Source: Haliotis rubra (Eukaryota). From it: a stretch of DNA of 64,000 nt. Where the stretch lies: assembly GCF_003918875.1 (NCBI RefSeq), contig NW_025767002.1, positions 1,116,001 to 1,180,000 on the forward strand. The letters run 5' to 3'. The position numbers and the translations under genes are program-made. The notes under the pieces were generated by a model. The model was given only the letters and a program-made list of their open reading frames with translations, did no database searches and was not told the DNA's origin. Of this stretch, positions 1 through 13,134 are shown in pieces; the stretch's first letter is position 1; each line of letters starts with the position of its first letter.

Positions 1-533
1 TGCCTCTCAGAGTACTTCAGAAACAATTTCAGATGAAGATGCTGTGATTCCCTATAAAATTGTTTGTAAATAATAGCATCATATTTCATCCCATGTTAGA
101 AATCTCTCCTAGAAGCAGATCCATATTCGACGAATTGGACTATGTTGTAAGCATACGAATCACCATCAAATAGTGATGATACCAGAGGTTTCGGAAGTGA
201 TGTATCTGGCATCACCGGCAGCATTCGTCACAGACACATACAAGGGCGGGTCCAGTTATCATGTACACTAACTCGAAAACATATGGCTCGACTTAATCGT
301 GGACTGCGTCGGACATTTTGATAACCGATGCGCCAAGCTTGGAAACTTTTCTCCAAACTGCACGAGAGACTGGTAATATTCTTCAAACGATTAGAAACAC
401 TGCATTATATTTGACAGTACCAATCGCAGCAGTGGCATTACAACGGGAAAAATGTGTCTAAACTGCTGTGAATTTCAAACGACCCTTGTGTCGACTCTGG
501 GCTACATATTGGCGTAGAAAGAAAGGCTAATAT

Positions 534-680
534 TGAGTATGATTTTTCGCCGCTTTTAGCAATATTCCAGCAATATCACAGCAGGAGCACCAGAAATGGG
601 CTTCACACATTGTACCCGTGTGGAATGGAACCCGAGGTGGGACGAGCCAACGCTTTAACCCCTAACCTCACCGCTCCTCA
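534..680 (-). mobile_element. SINE family A (tRNA-derived head), degenerate copy
   Basis: Reverse complement of the family A body (gggtacaatgtgtgaagcccatttctggtg...gctggaatattgctaaaagcggcg) seen many times in the window. Confidence 0.8.
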
Positions 681-861
681 ACGGAGATTGTTTCGGATAA
701 AATATCATATAAACTAGACAATAAGATCTCTTTATTTTCAGAATTTAGGAATTTTAGACTTGTCAAAGTAATGTTAACTCGCTTATTTTGTTTCCGAGTT
801 GTTTGCGAATCTGACAAAACAGTGTCGTTACAATCACTGTCTTGAAATCCATGACCTTAAA

Positions 862-1003
862 GGCGCAGTGGGTAGCCTAGTCCTTAAAGCGTTCGCTCGT
901 CATGCCGATGGAAGGGGTTGATCCCCAACATGGGTACAGTGTTTTGAACTGATTTTATTGCTGAATTAAAGCTTAAATCGCGTAAAACCAAACTCACTCA
1001 CTC
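862..1003 (+). mobile_element. SINE family A, degenerate copy
   Basis: Head gggtagcctagt...aaagcgttcgctcgtca and tail gcgtaaaaccaaactcactcactca. Confidence 0.75.
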
Positions 1004-2083
1004 ATGATCGTATATCAACTATCAATTTCGCCTCCACAATAAATATTTAAGACCCTGTCGGACAAAGAGCCTGCCTGACGTGTGCTACATACGTTATTGG
1101 CAACGGCGGTAAACTTGATAGATAGGTGCCCGCACAGGATTACAGAGGGGCATGGGCAAGACGTCATCAGCATCTGACAGAGTTCGACAAACAGGCGTAG
1201 GTCCCCATCATTGGAAGTGTCTGTTCTTGCGCCAGGCACGATCTAATTTTATGGTTCTGTAAGCTCAAAGGGATACACCTGAGAGGGCGTTTTTGTAACG
1301 TCTAGGTTGATAGCTTAATATGATGTTTGCAGCAACACCCATATCCAGTGTGTAAGAATACTCATTTATTACCTTGGACAGTTGCTCTAGTTCTAAAAGA
1401 AGACTTAAAACCTCAGACTTACGCGTTTGGTATCGTAATACAGTATTGATGCATGTAAAACTGTCGGGGTAAAGAACGTGTACACTTGAAATTTGAACTG
1501 ACCAAATAAGTGCAACGTTACTAGACTGAGCTTTCTATCATTGATAAGAAGCATATCATATATGACACTCGTATGAAATTTATCCTAATCGAATAACCAT
1601 TTCATGTTTATGTCATGTTAATACCATAAAACGTTTGTTCTACTCTNNNNNNNNNNNNNNNNNNNNNNNNNNNNNNNNNNNNNNNNNNNNNNNNNNNNNN
1701 NNNNNNNNNNNNNNNNNNNNNNNNNNNNNNNNNNNNNNNNNNNNNNNNNNNNNNNNNNNNNNNNNNNNNNNNNNNNNNNNNNNNNNNNNCTAACGCTTAG
1801 TATATAATTTTGATAATAGCAAACAAACCCATTTAAATTGAAAAGGAGCTCCTGGGAGACCAGAGATTCTGAACCTGGGGAAATCTAGACTTACTTCATT
1901 TAGGGCTTTAGCATTGTAGAGAGCTAGGCAGCAGGGAAAATAATGTTGTTCAGTGACTGTGAGACAGACTAGTATTGAATGCAGTGAGAGCTCTGTTACT
2001 TTATCCTAAACTGACTTTTAAGGATTCTTGAATTTTTGTTCAACAGAACGCCCAACCATAAAATATAAAAAAGTCAACCTTAC

Positions 2084-2149
2084 GGAAGCACTGTCCTTAT
2101 ATGCATAATATGCAAATACAGTATAATATGATGGTTCGTACAGTCGCAT
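2084..2149 (-). CDS. Candidate first coding exon (MRLYEPSYYTVFAYYAYKDSAS) of an unidentified gene continuing leftward
   Basis: GGCACC-ATG context, 22 open codons, then a GTAAGG donor in phase 0. Palindromic CRE at 2325-2334 upstream. No homology recognised. Confidence 0.3.
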
Positions 2150-2324
2150 GGTGCCGACGATGGGACCGTTCGGTGACCGACCGCTTTCGGAATTCCGCAG
2201 ATGTAACGGAAAGTTGACTTTGTTAACACAACCATTACACGACTCCCAACTGCTAAATACGTTCCAACTTTTCTGAATGTGCACATCGCCAAAAATTCAA
2301 ACATGGGCTGAACATCTAACGCCG

Positions 2325-2334
2325 GTGACGTCAC
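2325..2334. promoter_or_regulatory. Palindromic CRE/ATF site GTGACGTCAC
   Basis: Exact TGACGTCA in a CpG-containing non-repetitive stretch upstream of the candidate exon. Confidence 0.35.
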
Positions 2335-2789
2335 GCATCTGTCATCTTTAAAACAGAGACAGTGTCAACCTTTTGACATAAATATGTCATTAAAAGTGAC
2401 ACATCGCCCGGAATGCCTGACGAATTACCCGCACACCGAAATAACCTTTGTTGAATACGTAGTCATGTTTTACTGACAAACGTGGGGCAATCCAGACCCA
2501 TTGTTACACAAACAACACGCCGGCCCCTCGGGATGACATACACCGTCCATCTGCCTGTGTTACATGTTTTGTTAAACGGCGGCGGCAGTGACAGCTGTGC
2601 AGCCACACCCTGTACACGATGTCTGTCAACATGTAAGTGGCTGAGCGAATTTCTGTGTTGCTGCTTTGGGGTCCGTATTTTTTTTATGTTTTGGGAGTGT
2701 GTTGTTTTTGTGTTTTTTTTTGTGTTGTTGTTTTTTCCTTTTGGTGGGCTGGTACAAGTTATAGAGGTTTATCAAAGTGGCAAATCTTT

Positions 2790-4217
2790 GCCGGTAAATC
2801 TTACATGACAATAGGAAATCTTACCTGACAACAGGAAACCTTACATATTACATGACAACAGGAAACCTTACATATTACATGACAACAGGAAACCTTACAT
2901 ATTACTTGCCAACAGGAAATCTTATATCTTACATGCCAACAGGAAATATTAATCTTACATGCCAACAGGAAGCAATAGCCAGTACTCCTCATGCCGGTAA
3001 ATCTTACGAATCCAGGACAAAATCCACCCGGACAAAATCCACCCCGGACAAAATCCACCCCTAATAAAATCCACCCTAAGAAAAAACAGAAATGAATTTT
3101 TTTTCATATCAGTCATTCATAATCGATAAGAAAAACAACCAAAACTACAACCAAAGAACATTTTTGCATATATAAATATGACAGTTGCCCATTTTCACAT
3201 TTCACATTTATGACTCATTCGTGCATCAATACATATATAAATATGACAACAGCATATATTTTCACACATTCAGCCATTCCATCCTCGACGTCTTTATGTA
3301 CGAATAACCCTGATATAGCAACTTCGAACCACCCTTGTTGTCCCGTGTCCGGGGTGGCAATTTTGGGGTTGATTTTGTCCGGGTGGATTTTGTCCGGTCA
3401 CCAAATCTTACATCAGACTGCACAACAAGAAATCATAAATCTTACATGACAACAGGAAATAATACATTTTACATGAACACGGCAAATCTTACAATTTACA
3501 TGACGACGGGAAATCTTATATCTTACATGACGACGGGAAATCTTGCATTTTACATGACGACCGGAAATCTTACAATTTACATGACGACGGGAAATCATAC
3601 ATCTGACATGACGATGGGAAATCTTAATCTTACATAATGACGTAAAATCTTACATTTTACAAGACGACTGTAAATCTTACATTTTACATGACGACTGGAA
3701 ATCTTACAATTTACATGACGACGGGAATCTTACATCTTACATGACGATGGGAAATCATACATCTGACATGACGATGGGAAATCTTAATCTTACATAATGA
3801 CGTAAAATCTTACAGTTTACAAGACGACTGTAAATCTTACATTTAACAAGACGACTGTAAATCTTACAATTTACATGACGACGGGAAATCTTACATCTTA
3901 TATGACGACGGAAATCATACATCTGACATGACGATGGGAAATCTTAATCTTACATAATGACGTAAAATCTTACATTTTACAAGACGACTGTAAATCTTGC
4001 ATTTAACATGACGACGGAAAATCTTACAATTTACATGACGACGGTAAATCTTACATCTTACATGACGACGGGAAATCATACATCTGACATGACGATGGGA
4101 CATCTTAATCTTACATAATGACGTAAAATCTTACATTTTACAAGACGACTGTAAATCTTGCATTTAACATGACGACGGGAAATCTTACAATTTACATGAC
4201 GACGGTAAATCTTACAT
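2790..4217 (+). repeat. ~21-bp minisatellite (aaatcttaca..ttacatgacgacggg) with ~160-bp higher-order period in its right half
   Basis: The variant monomer gaaatcatacatctgac recurs at 3591, 3751, 3911 and 4072. Confidence 0.9.
3008..3402. mobile_element. MITE with tandem sub-terminal inverted repeats and a 9-bp TSD (Mutator-like)
   Basis: (ggacaaaatccaccc)n at left and gggtggattttgtcc at right. Flanked by aaatcttac at 2999-3007 and 3403-3411; this motif is also the host repeat unit. Confidence 0.75.
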
Positions 4218-5024
4218 ATAATCGACTAAATTTCCAAAATGCATACAAACAACATTTGCCGGATTCTTAGAATCGGAAAGCTCCACACATACACCTCAGG
4301 TGTGCCCATGCTGGCATGATCCTTCTCATCCTTCAATACGGTAAAACGTACTTTCATTCAGTAATCGGACCAATACCGAAGTAGCATTACGCTATACACC
4401 ATTATGGATGTTGTCAAGGAAATGTAAAGACCGCTAAAACGCGTCAATTTTTGTGACGGCAGTGTCATACGTTAGACTTCTCGTACAATGATCAATTGTA
4501 AAGGTATTACAAATATTTGCAAACTGAAATCAATATCGGCGTCTTGATATAGCGTTCGGTAACTATTTGACTTTGCCATGACGGTAAACTGTACCTTAAA
4601 TAGCTCAGTCAGTGCCATTGTGAGCACACAATAGGACAATACAGACACTATATACTGGTGTGCCTATATATGAGCTATTTTGGGTTTCAATGACGCTATC
4701 AACAGTGACGATATGAGTGACGTTTTCTTGATTGTAAATAGGTATACTTGTTTGTCCATTAACATATGTTAAGACGTTTACATTCAGTTTATCTCCTTCA
4801 ACGTTTAACAATTAACTCTGAAAACGTCACGATCACGGATATAGTGCTGACATATCAAAACGATTGAGGCCAATCTGGGATTCGAACTCACAGCCTTGGT
4901 ATCCTAGGGACTCTTGTTAAGAGACGATGGAAATATGACTATATCTAATCGTACAGATCCAAGTCCGTTTGTACATTTCAAGAGTATGATTTTTTTCCAA
5001 ATTATCTAATTCACCGTTGTGGCA

Positions 5025-5345
5025 CCGTCTCTTGTTCAGTAGATAGGGCGAATGTTAACAAATTTCGGTGGTTCGATTCCCTGGCAGCGTCATACGAAAA
5101 GACTTTTTAAAGATGGTTCTTGTTGTTACCTTGTCTGGCGTTCGGCACTAATGGGATGGAACGAAGACTGGTCCGCTGTCATTCACCGTGCCTGATTAGG
5201 GTACCCAGGTTAAATTGCGGTATGGTGTTTCATGGTTAGTTCCGACAAGGAGAACCAAGTGCTCGCTCGCACGCATACACGCACGCAGTCATACGCGCAT
5301 ACGTCATTATATACGTGCTACACTGCTGAAGGCGACATTCTTCAC
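5025..5345 (+). mobile_element. SINE family B (Meta/MESC-like core), old degenerate copy
   Basis: ggttcgattcc B box followed by gtcatacgaaaagac...ctggcgttcggcactaatggg. Confidence 0.6.
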
Positions 5346-5363
5346 CTTACCTCTCGCTGTTGA

Positions 5364-5395
<32 letters not shown>

Positions 5396-6347
5396 AACCT
5401 GGTGAAAATACACAATAGCTAAAACATTGCTTAAATAAACAAGGTCACTACATAAAAGGCCGTAGTTCTTTTTCTTTAAAAATCCTCAAAAGAGTGAATG
5501 CAATTCTACGAAAAAGGTTTGCGTTGGCAAAGAAGTATGTTGTTTTGATCGACCACCTAAATAATCACTTGATTGTTAATGCATGACTGTGCGCTTAATT
5601 CCTCGATGGATGAATGACGTCATTGGAACCGCGAGCACAAATGGCAACGGAAACATGCCACGGTACCAATGAACCGTCTTGAAGGGTAAGAGCAGTTGAA
5701 AGCAATTTAAAGCAAGGAAAATAACGCCAATGTGTTCACATTGAAATAAGATACAGTTCCGAATTTTAATCTTGGTTGAAACATTACGGGAAAACACGGA
5801 CCCCGTCAAAGGGGGATTTGTAGCATAAGAAACAAAGCTCCGGGTGCATGCTGGCTGGTTTTAGTGTCAAAGGATTATATTACAAAATGTAAATCCCATA
5901 TGAATTTTCGATTTTAAAAATTTGAAAACACATACATGGACGAATGGACCTCACACTAAACTGATAAACATATACCGTTTTTTAAAGATAAAGTAAATGT
6001 GTGTTATCCATTAGTGCAATGCGGATGTCAAGAAGTGCGATTCCCACCATCTCCTCCCCCTCTTCCTAACACAGTAAAACTCTAACTGATGAGTGTACAT
6101 TTTGTACGTGTTACTGTGGCCCTGTCTTTCCAAATACCCGTTTAATACGATGAGGATGATTCTTTTCAAGAATTTACTCTGCGACCATTGGTCGACCAAA
6201 GACCATTAAAAATCTACAAATATTTACATCAATAAACTTTATTGAAGTAAACAAACAATTCTAATGGAATCCAAGAAAATATGAACTTTCAGTATTTGGA
6301 TGTTAAAGGCATAGAGGGATTAAGGGTGAAACAGTAAAGGTATCAAA

Positions 6348-6520
6348 GGATTCTGCAGAGACGGCACCAAAGGATTCTGCAGAAAATGCACCAGAGGATT
6401 CTGCAGAAAGTGCATAACAGGATTATGCTGAGAAGGCACCAGAGGATTATGCTGAGAAGGCACCAGAGGATTATGCTGAAAAGGCTACACAGGATTATCC
6501 CGAGACGACACACAAGGATG
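6348..6520 (+). repeat. 21-bp minisatellite (ggatt[c/a]tgc[a/t]gagaaggcaccaga)
   Basis: About 7 diverged tandem units. Confidence 0.75.
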
Positions 6521-6959
6521 ATCTGAGACGATGAAAAGCTGAGAGACTGACACAGCTTTCATTATGTATAATAACCACAAGGGAAACAGTTAAGACTCTT
6601 ATATCACCCCGTTATGTACGCAGCCGAGGATTCGCCTTGTTACTCGCGAAATTACACGTTTGATCAGCGGTGCTCCAGCAAGTTAGAGTCAAGTCGCAAA
6701 ATGTCGACTGGGAAGGGGCATGGCGCCGTTGAACGCAACACTCCTTTAAAACATTAGGATGATGACATGAAAGTGACCCGGCCTCGCCGCTGCTACTTTA
6801 GTTATGTGTATACATACTTTGAATGATTCACTGGCTGAAATATAGATCTAAAGTTAGTATAAGTCCAAGTTATAAGACAGATTCGGATTAAGATCTAACA
6901 AATTTTAAGGCTTTAATAAAATGCTATGTTTGCAAAAGTGTTGAAGGCAAGATAAGCCG

Positions 6960-7395
6960 CTTAACGGAGTGTATACAAAAAGAAGAGTTGTCAAAATGGG
7001 GTGTAGACAAAATAACAGTTGTCAAAACGGGGCATAGACAAAAATAGCAGTTGACAAAATGGGGTGTATACAAAATGAACAGTTGACAAAACGGAGCGTA
7101 GACAAAATAAACAGCTGGCAAAACGGGGCGTAGACAAAATTAGCAGTTGACAAAACGGGCTTGAGACAAAATAAGCAGTTGAAAAATGGGGTGTAGACAC
7201 ACTGAATAGTTCTTAAAACGGGGTGAAGACAAAATTAATAGTTGACAAAACGGGACAAAAGGAGCAGTTGACAGAACGAAGTCTGGACAAAATGAACAGT
7301 TGACAAAATGGGGTGCGGACAAAAGGAGCAGTAGACAAAATCTGGCGCTGATAAAAAAATATGTTTGCAGATGGTGCCAAAATTATAGACGAAAT
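6960..7395 (+). repeat. ~31-bp tandem array (cagttgacaaaacggggcgtagacaaaat), probably internal to a non-autonomous DNA element
   Basis: About 13 diverged units; explains the ORFs at 6924-7549. Confidence 0.8.
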
Positions 7396-8299
7396 GTGTT
7401 TCCGACATTTTGAGCTGCTGGGAAAATAAACCGAAGTGAACATGAGCTGAAGAAGACACTAACAGATCTATACGCAAAATACGAAGACACAAAGACCCTG
7501 AACAGACCACCAGAAGATGTAAGTCAACACACCTGATGTAAGTCAACATAACAATGTGAAATATGATAGCATTTCACGAATACTCTTTAGCAGACAGACA
7601 TTCAACAACACTACGACATATCGGTTAACTCTATGGGAATCTTCTCAGCGTTTTTTCCTTTCCTTTTTAAGACGTGATTTTCTAATTAGGAACAGGTAAC
7701 TATATTTAACTGCGTAATTACCTGCTTGTCTGGCATAACTGTGTAGGGGGCTAAACTAATATTTGTGCTCAAACCTTGCAGATGGCGATAAATCAAGATA
7801 TCTAAATTGAACAATATCTTAATTTTGATAAATGATATTTTAATACAGAGCATTGCGTAGGAACTAATAGGAAATATATTCCTTTTGCAAACCACTAAGA
7901 GCATTGCGTAGCAACTAACAAGAAATATATTCTTTTAAAAATCTTTAATGATTCTGTTTTGAACGTTCGCCTTCAAAACTATGAGTGTGTGAGTGAATGT
8001 TATTTTACGCCATAGCCAGCATCCCAGATACACAAAGACGACTGTTCACTAACTTTTAGAAACGTTTAACGATTTAATGTGTCTAATCAGTATAACGAAC
8101 GTTCCAAGGTATTTGTAAGTAGAGAGTTATTACGAGACGTCAGTTTAAAAGAGTTAATACCTGGTGCTAATACAAGAGTTATATGACAGTGTCTGTTTAA
8201 GGGAGCTCTTGAAAGGTGTCCATTTAAGAAAGTTATCCCAGGGTGTCATTTATGAGTGTTATTAGAAGATGTCAATTAAATCCGTTCCAAAAGATTAGC

Positions 8300-8935
8300 T
8301 ACTAGTTATTCAACAGTGTCAGTTTAAGAGAGTAATTCGAAGGTATCAATTGCTAGTTATTCAACAGTGTCAGTTTATGGGATTAATTCGAAGGTATCAA
8401 TTGCTAGTTATTCAACAGTGTCAGTTTATTGGAGTAATTCGAAGGTATCAATTGCTAGTTATTCAACAGTGTCAGTTTAAGGGAGTAATTCGAAGGTATC
8501 AATTGCTAGTTATTCAACAGTGTCAGTTTAAGGGAGTAATTCGAAGGTATCAATTGCTAGTGATTCAACAGTGTCAGTTTAAGAGAGTAATTGGCAGGTG
8601 TCAATTACTAGTTATTCAACAGTGTCAGTTTAAGAGAGTAATTCGAAGGTGTCAATTACTAGTTATTCAACAGTGTCAGTTTAAGGAGTAATTCGAAGGT
8701 ATCAATTGCTAGTTATTCAACAGTGTCAGTTTAAGGGAGTAATTCGAAGGTATCAATTGCTAGTTATTCAACAGTGTCAGTTTATTGGAGTAATTCGAAG
8801 GTATCAATTGCTAGTTATTCAACAGTGTTAGTTTATTGGAGTAATTCGAAGGTATCAATTGCTAGTTATTCAACAGTGTTAGTTTAATTGGAGCAATTCG
8901 AAGGTGTAATTGAGTTATTCCAAAGTATCAGTTTA
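8300..8935 (+). repeat. 51-bp minisatellite (gctagttattcaacagtgtcagtttaagggagtaattcgaaggtatcaatt), ~12 copies
   Basis: Near-identical head-to-tail units; the 17-aa periodic ORF at 8350-8691 is a by-product. Confidence 0.95.
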
Positions 8936-9925
8936 AGAGAGGTAATCTAGATTCAATGTGAAAAGCTATGTAGATGGCGGGTTATTATCCGTGAGTGAGT
9001 GAGTGAATATTTAGCGTCACATCGGCACTATGTCATCCGTATTGTGACGAGAATAATTTCATTTATATGAATAATAAAATCAACAAATTTAGAACGTAAA
9101 ACCTGTCACCGAAGGACAATAAGTAAGTGTCGGAAGTCTTACCACGTATGTGATTTCACAACTGATAATAATAACAAATTGTATATCCATTGGGTACATT
9201 TCAACGTGCAACTGGATGTCACACAAAAAACACGACCCATGACAATAAATCTAAGGAATCAAACCCAAAACCATGTGCTTAATGAACGAACGCACATCCC
9301 ACTGTGCCACCAAACCTTTTTAATCCAGTTCACATCCAGCTGTTGTCATTACTGCAATACTTGTCTTAAAGTGTGCTACCGACGTGGCGCTAAAACAGCT
9401 TTAACCGAAGTCTTTTTCAACATAAAGCACTTATCCCTGCTATAAATACAAACAAACCAAATCACAGTCTTTCCACGTATTGGTACTTCCTTGTCGCCTA
9501 CCAATCGATCATCAAATGGTTGAAACTGACCCATATTATCACAACTCAATCCAAAAGCGCACGTCGATTGAACACAGGACGCCGGATCGGCCATTGTCTG
9601 CCGGTAGTATAATTGAGGGCGTGTTTTGGGAACACAATGCATTTTTGACATGTAAGGTAACGGAGTGCATGCCATGGTCATGCTTGTGCCACCGACGCTG
9701 GAACACGACACCAGCTAATTAATTATGGCTAAATATGCGGACATACCATAATGTTCAATTATGAAAATCCGGTGAACGATTTCAATTGTGGCACGAATAA
9801 CCGGGGTATCAAGTCCATCGGGTCTGATCGACCAGATTGCTTCACCTGGGCAGGCCCACAGTCACGGATAATAATAATGATGATGATATATCGTAATAAT
9901 ACTAATATTCCTGCATTGTTATTGT

Positions 9926-11560
9926 TGAAGAAGAAGAAATAGGAGTATAGAATAAGTAAAGTAGTTTAGAAGAAAAAGAATCATAAAAGAAGTAAAGAAG
10001 TATAGAAGAAGAAGTAAAAGAGGAAAAGAAGTATAGAAGAAGCAAAGGAAGTATAGAAGAAGCAAAGAAAGTATTGAAGAAGCAAAGAAAGTATTGAAGA
10101 AGCAAAGAAAGTATAGAAGAAGCAAAGAAAGTATAGAAGAAGCAAAGAAAGTATTGAAAAAGCAAAGAAAGTATAGAAGAAGCAAAGAAAGTATAGAAGA
10201 AGCAAAGAAAGTATTGAAGAAGCAAAGAAAGTATTGAAGAAGCAAAGAAAGTATAGAAGAAGCAAAGAATAAAAGCAAAGAAAGTATCAAAGAGAGTCGA
10301 GCAAAGAAAGTATTGAAGAAGCAAAGAAAGTATAGAAGAAAGCAAAGAAAGTATAGAAGAAGCAAAGAAAGTATTGAAAAAACAAAGAAAGTATAGAAGA
10401 AGCAAAGAAAGTATGGAAAAGCAAAGAAAGTATATAAGAAAGAAGCAAAGAAAGTATAGAAGAAGCAAAGAAAGTATTGAAGAAGCAAAGAAAGTATTGA
10501 AGAAGCAAAGAAAGTATAGAAGAAACAAAAGAAAGTATAGAAGAAGCAAAGAAAGTATTGAAGAAGCAAAGAAAGTATTGAAGAAGCAAAGAAAGTATAG
10601 AAGAAGCAAAGAGAAATTATAGAAGAAGCAAAGAAAGTATAGTGAAGTAAAGAGAAAGTATTGAAAAGAAGCAAAGAAAGTATTGAAAAAGAAAGAAAGT
10701 AAAGAAAAGAAAGTATGGAAGTAAAGAAGAAAAAGAAGTATAGAAGAAAAGAAAGTATTGAAAAAGCAAAGAAAGTATTGAAGCAGCAAAGAAAGTATGG
10801 AAGTAAAGAAGAAAAAGTATAGAAGAAGCAAAGAAAGTATTGAAGAAGCAAAGAAAGTATTGAAGTAAAGAAGAAAAAGAAATATAGAAGAAGCAAAGAA
10901 AGTATAGAAGAAGCAAAGAAAGTATTGAAGAAATAAAGAACGTATTGAAGTAAAGAAGAAAACGAAGTTTAGAAGAAGCAAAGAAAGTATAGAAGAAGCA
11001 AAGAAAGTATTGAAGAAGCAAAGAAAGTATTGAAGTAAAGAAGAAAAAGAAGTATAGAAGAAGCAAAGAAAGTATAGAAGAAGTAAAGAAAGTATTGAAG
11101 AAGCAAAGAAAGTATTGAAGAAGTAAAGAAAGTATTGAAGTAAAGAAGAAAAAGAAGTGTAAAAGAAGAAGTAAAAATATATAGAAGAAGTAAAGAAAGT
11201 ATAGAAGAAAAAGAAGTATAGAGTGAGTAAGCATAGTTTTACGCGGCGCACAGCAAAATTCCAGCTATATGACGGCGGTCTGTAAATAATCGGGTCTGGA
11301 CCAGACAATCCAGTGATCAACAGCATGAGCATCGATCTGCGCAACTGGGAACCGATGACATGTGTCAACCAAGTCAGCGAACCTGACCACCCGATCCCGT
11401 TAGTCGCCTCTTGCGTCAAGCATGGGTTGCTGAAGATCAATATTCTAACCCGGATATTCACGGGTCAAAGAAGTATAGAAGAAGTAAAAAGAACAGAAGA
11501 AGTAACCAAAGTACAGAAGGAGTAACGAAGAAAGAGAAGTATAGAAGAAGAAAACAAAAG
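9926..11560 (+). repeat. Purine-rich ~20-bp minisatellite (gaagaagcaaagaaagtat[a/t])
   Basis: Dozens of units with extreme A/G strand bias, interrupted by a SINE. Confidence 0.95.
11221..11465 (-). mobile_element. SINE-like family C, full length
   Basis: Reverse complement of cccgtga...gggttagaatattgatcttcag...gaggcgactaacgggatcgggtggtcagg...; aaagaagtataga on both sides. Confidence 0.9.
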
Positions 11561-11949
11561 TTTGTAGAACTAGTTACCACATTTTTCAGTCAAGGGGTCA
11601 GTGATTGTATTCCCAACTCCATGGGGAGTATGCAACCAACAGCCGACTGAACCCAACAACCTGAACAGTTCAGCATTTATATTTCAGCCTATTCCTTTTA
11701 AATACCGTAAACCTTAAGTGCGATGTCGTCAAAAATACTTAAATATTCCTAAATGTATTACAAAGAATCTAAAATATATTCTCCAAGGAACACGACCCAT
11801 GTACGTTATCTTCAGCTCAAATCAAAGTTTACAAAGTCGATAAGACAAAGTTAAGAAACTAAAAACTGATTGTCCAATCGACATTTACCATATAAAAATA
11901 CCGGCTCTCGCGAGGAAGGTATCAGCATCTCGCACTAATGCGTAGTAAG

Positions 11950-12288
11950 CAGTGCGCGAAATAGTTTCCAAATTTTGCTAGCCAGTCGGGCTAGCTATGC
12001 CTGAAAGTTACTAGCCCACAAAATAATTCACTTGCCCGAAATTTGAATGTGGACACGGGTTTCATCATTAATCTGCTAATATGGTGAACATTTTTATCAG
12101 GCCATAATCTTGCATGATATAAAAGTGTATTATAACTTACTTAACAAGTAGGAGAGAGAGTGATATATTTACAAAATGACCCCATGAAAATTCACTAGCC
12201 AGTCGGACCAGTGACTGTGAAGATTTACTGGCCCTATTGGATTTTTACTATCCACGGGCTAGCAGGCCAGTGGCTATTTCGCACACTG
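11950..12288. mobile_element. hAT-like MITE
   Basis: TIR CAGTGCGCGAAATAG / CTATTTCGCACACTG, internal ctagcc/gggctag repeats, 8-bp flanks gtagtaag / atggtaag. Confidence 0.75.
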
Positions 12289-12943
12289 ATGGTAAGTTGT
12301 ATTACGTTCGAACTCTTGGCCGTCAGTTAAACTGACTAGAAACACGTTTAACTTCACAATAACATTGTACACAGTGTTAGTGAGGCTGTACACCACTTAA
12401 GGGATTTCTAGGATTATGATGGCAGATAAATCAATCTTGATTAACAATGGACTTAATATATCTTACCCGGATGCAGTGAATAAATTCCGATTGGTCAGTG
12501 TGACGAACAAATGCTTTAACAATCGCTCCTCCAAGAGTGCAAGTACAATATGAGATTGCCACACTGAACTGATAATATCCACCCGTGACGTTCTTTCTAC
12601 AAGTCTTCAATACACCCGTTATCACATTTCCATCCATCTGTTTAAACTCAGGGGTCGGAAGGCATTCATAATCATATATTATTTATACTTCTTTTAAATA
12701 AACTGTTGGAGGGGGTTGACCACATTACCTGTTTTAGGGGGATTTATTTCTTGTTTAATGCCAAACTCAGCAATATCCTAACTTTAAATTACATTTGTGA
12801 CGTCATTCCATTGTTTGCTCGCTCCATTACTTTTCGGGAATGGAGCGATGTGTACCAGTTTCAAATTAAAGCCTTCATTTTGTCATTTTGACATTTAATT
12901 TTGATAACAGAAATTTCCCCAGTTCTTTGAATGTAATTTAAGC

Positions 12944-13053
12944 AGGGTAATATCCTCGTAACTCTCCATTCCTTAAAAATAATGTGCCTCGGCCCCTCCG
13001 GGGCCTCGGCTCCATTATTTTTAAGGAATGGAGAGTTACTCGGACATTACCCT
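12944..13053. repeat. 110-bp palindrome (probable DNA-transposon remnant)
   Basis: Perfect 27-bp stem gtaactctccattccttaaaaataatg / cattatttttaaggaatggagagttac, plus outer arms agggtaat / attaccct. Confidence 0.85.
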
Positions 13054-13134
13054 CTACATATGTGTATTTCATAGAGTAAAGAAAGAAGGAATAAAACCAC
13101 AATACTGTTCTTGTAAGACGAAAAAATGACGAGG

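Noticed and set aside
370-515. Possible Gypsy RT remnant (REKC...LGYI-like words)
   Set aside because: Too short and not in a consistent frame.
8300-8935. CRISPR-like regular array and 17-aa repeat protein
   Set aside because: Head-to-tail units without unique spacers, eukaryotic context, no cas genes; the ORF ends at a unit with a deletion.
9902-11461. 519-aa and 325-aa hydrophobic 'membrane proteins'
   Set aside because: Translations of a SINE plus a 20-bp minisatellite.
11313-11525. Recurrent small ORFs such as MINSMSIDLRNWEPMTCVNQ and MNTPLRHIILTPSRPVLVV
   Set aside because: Translations of SINE families C and B.
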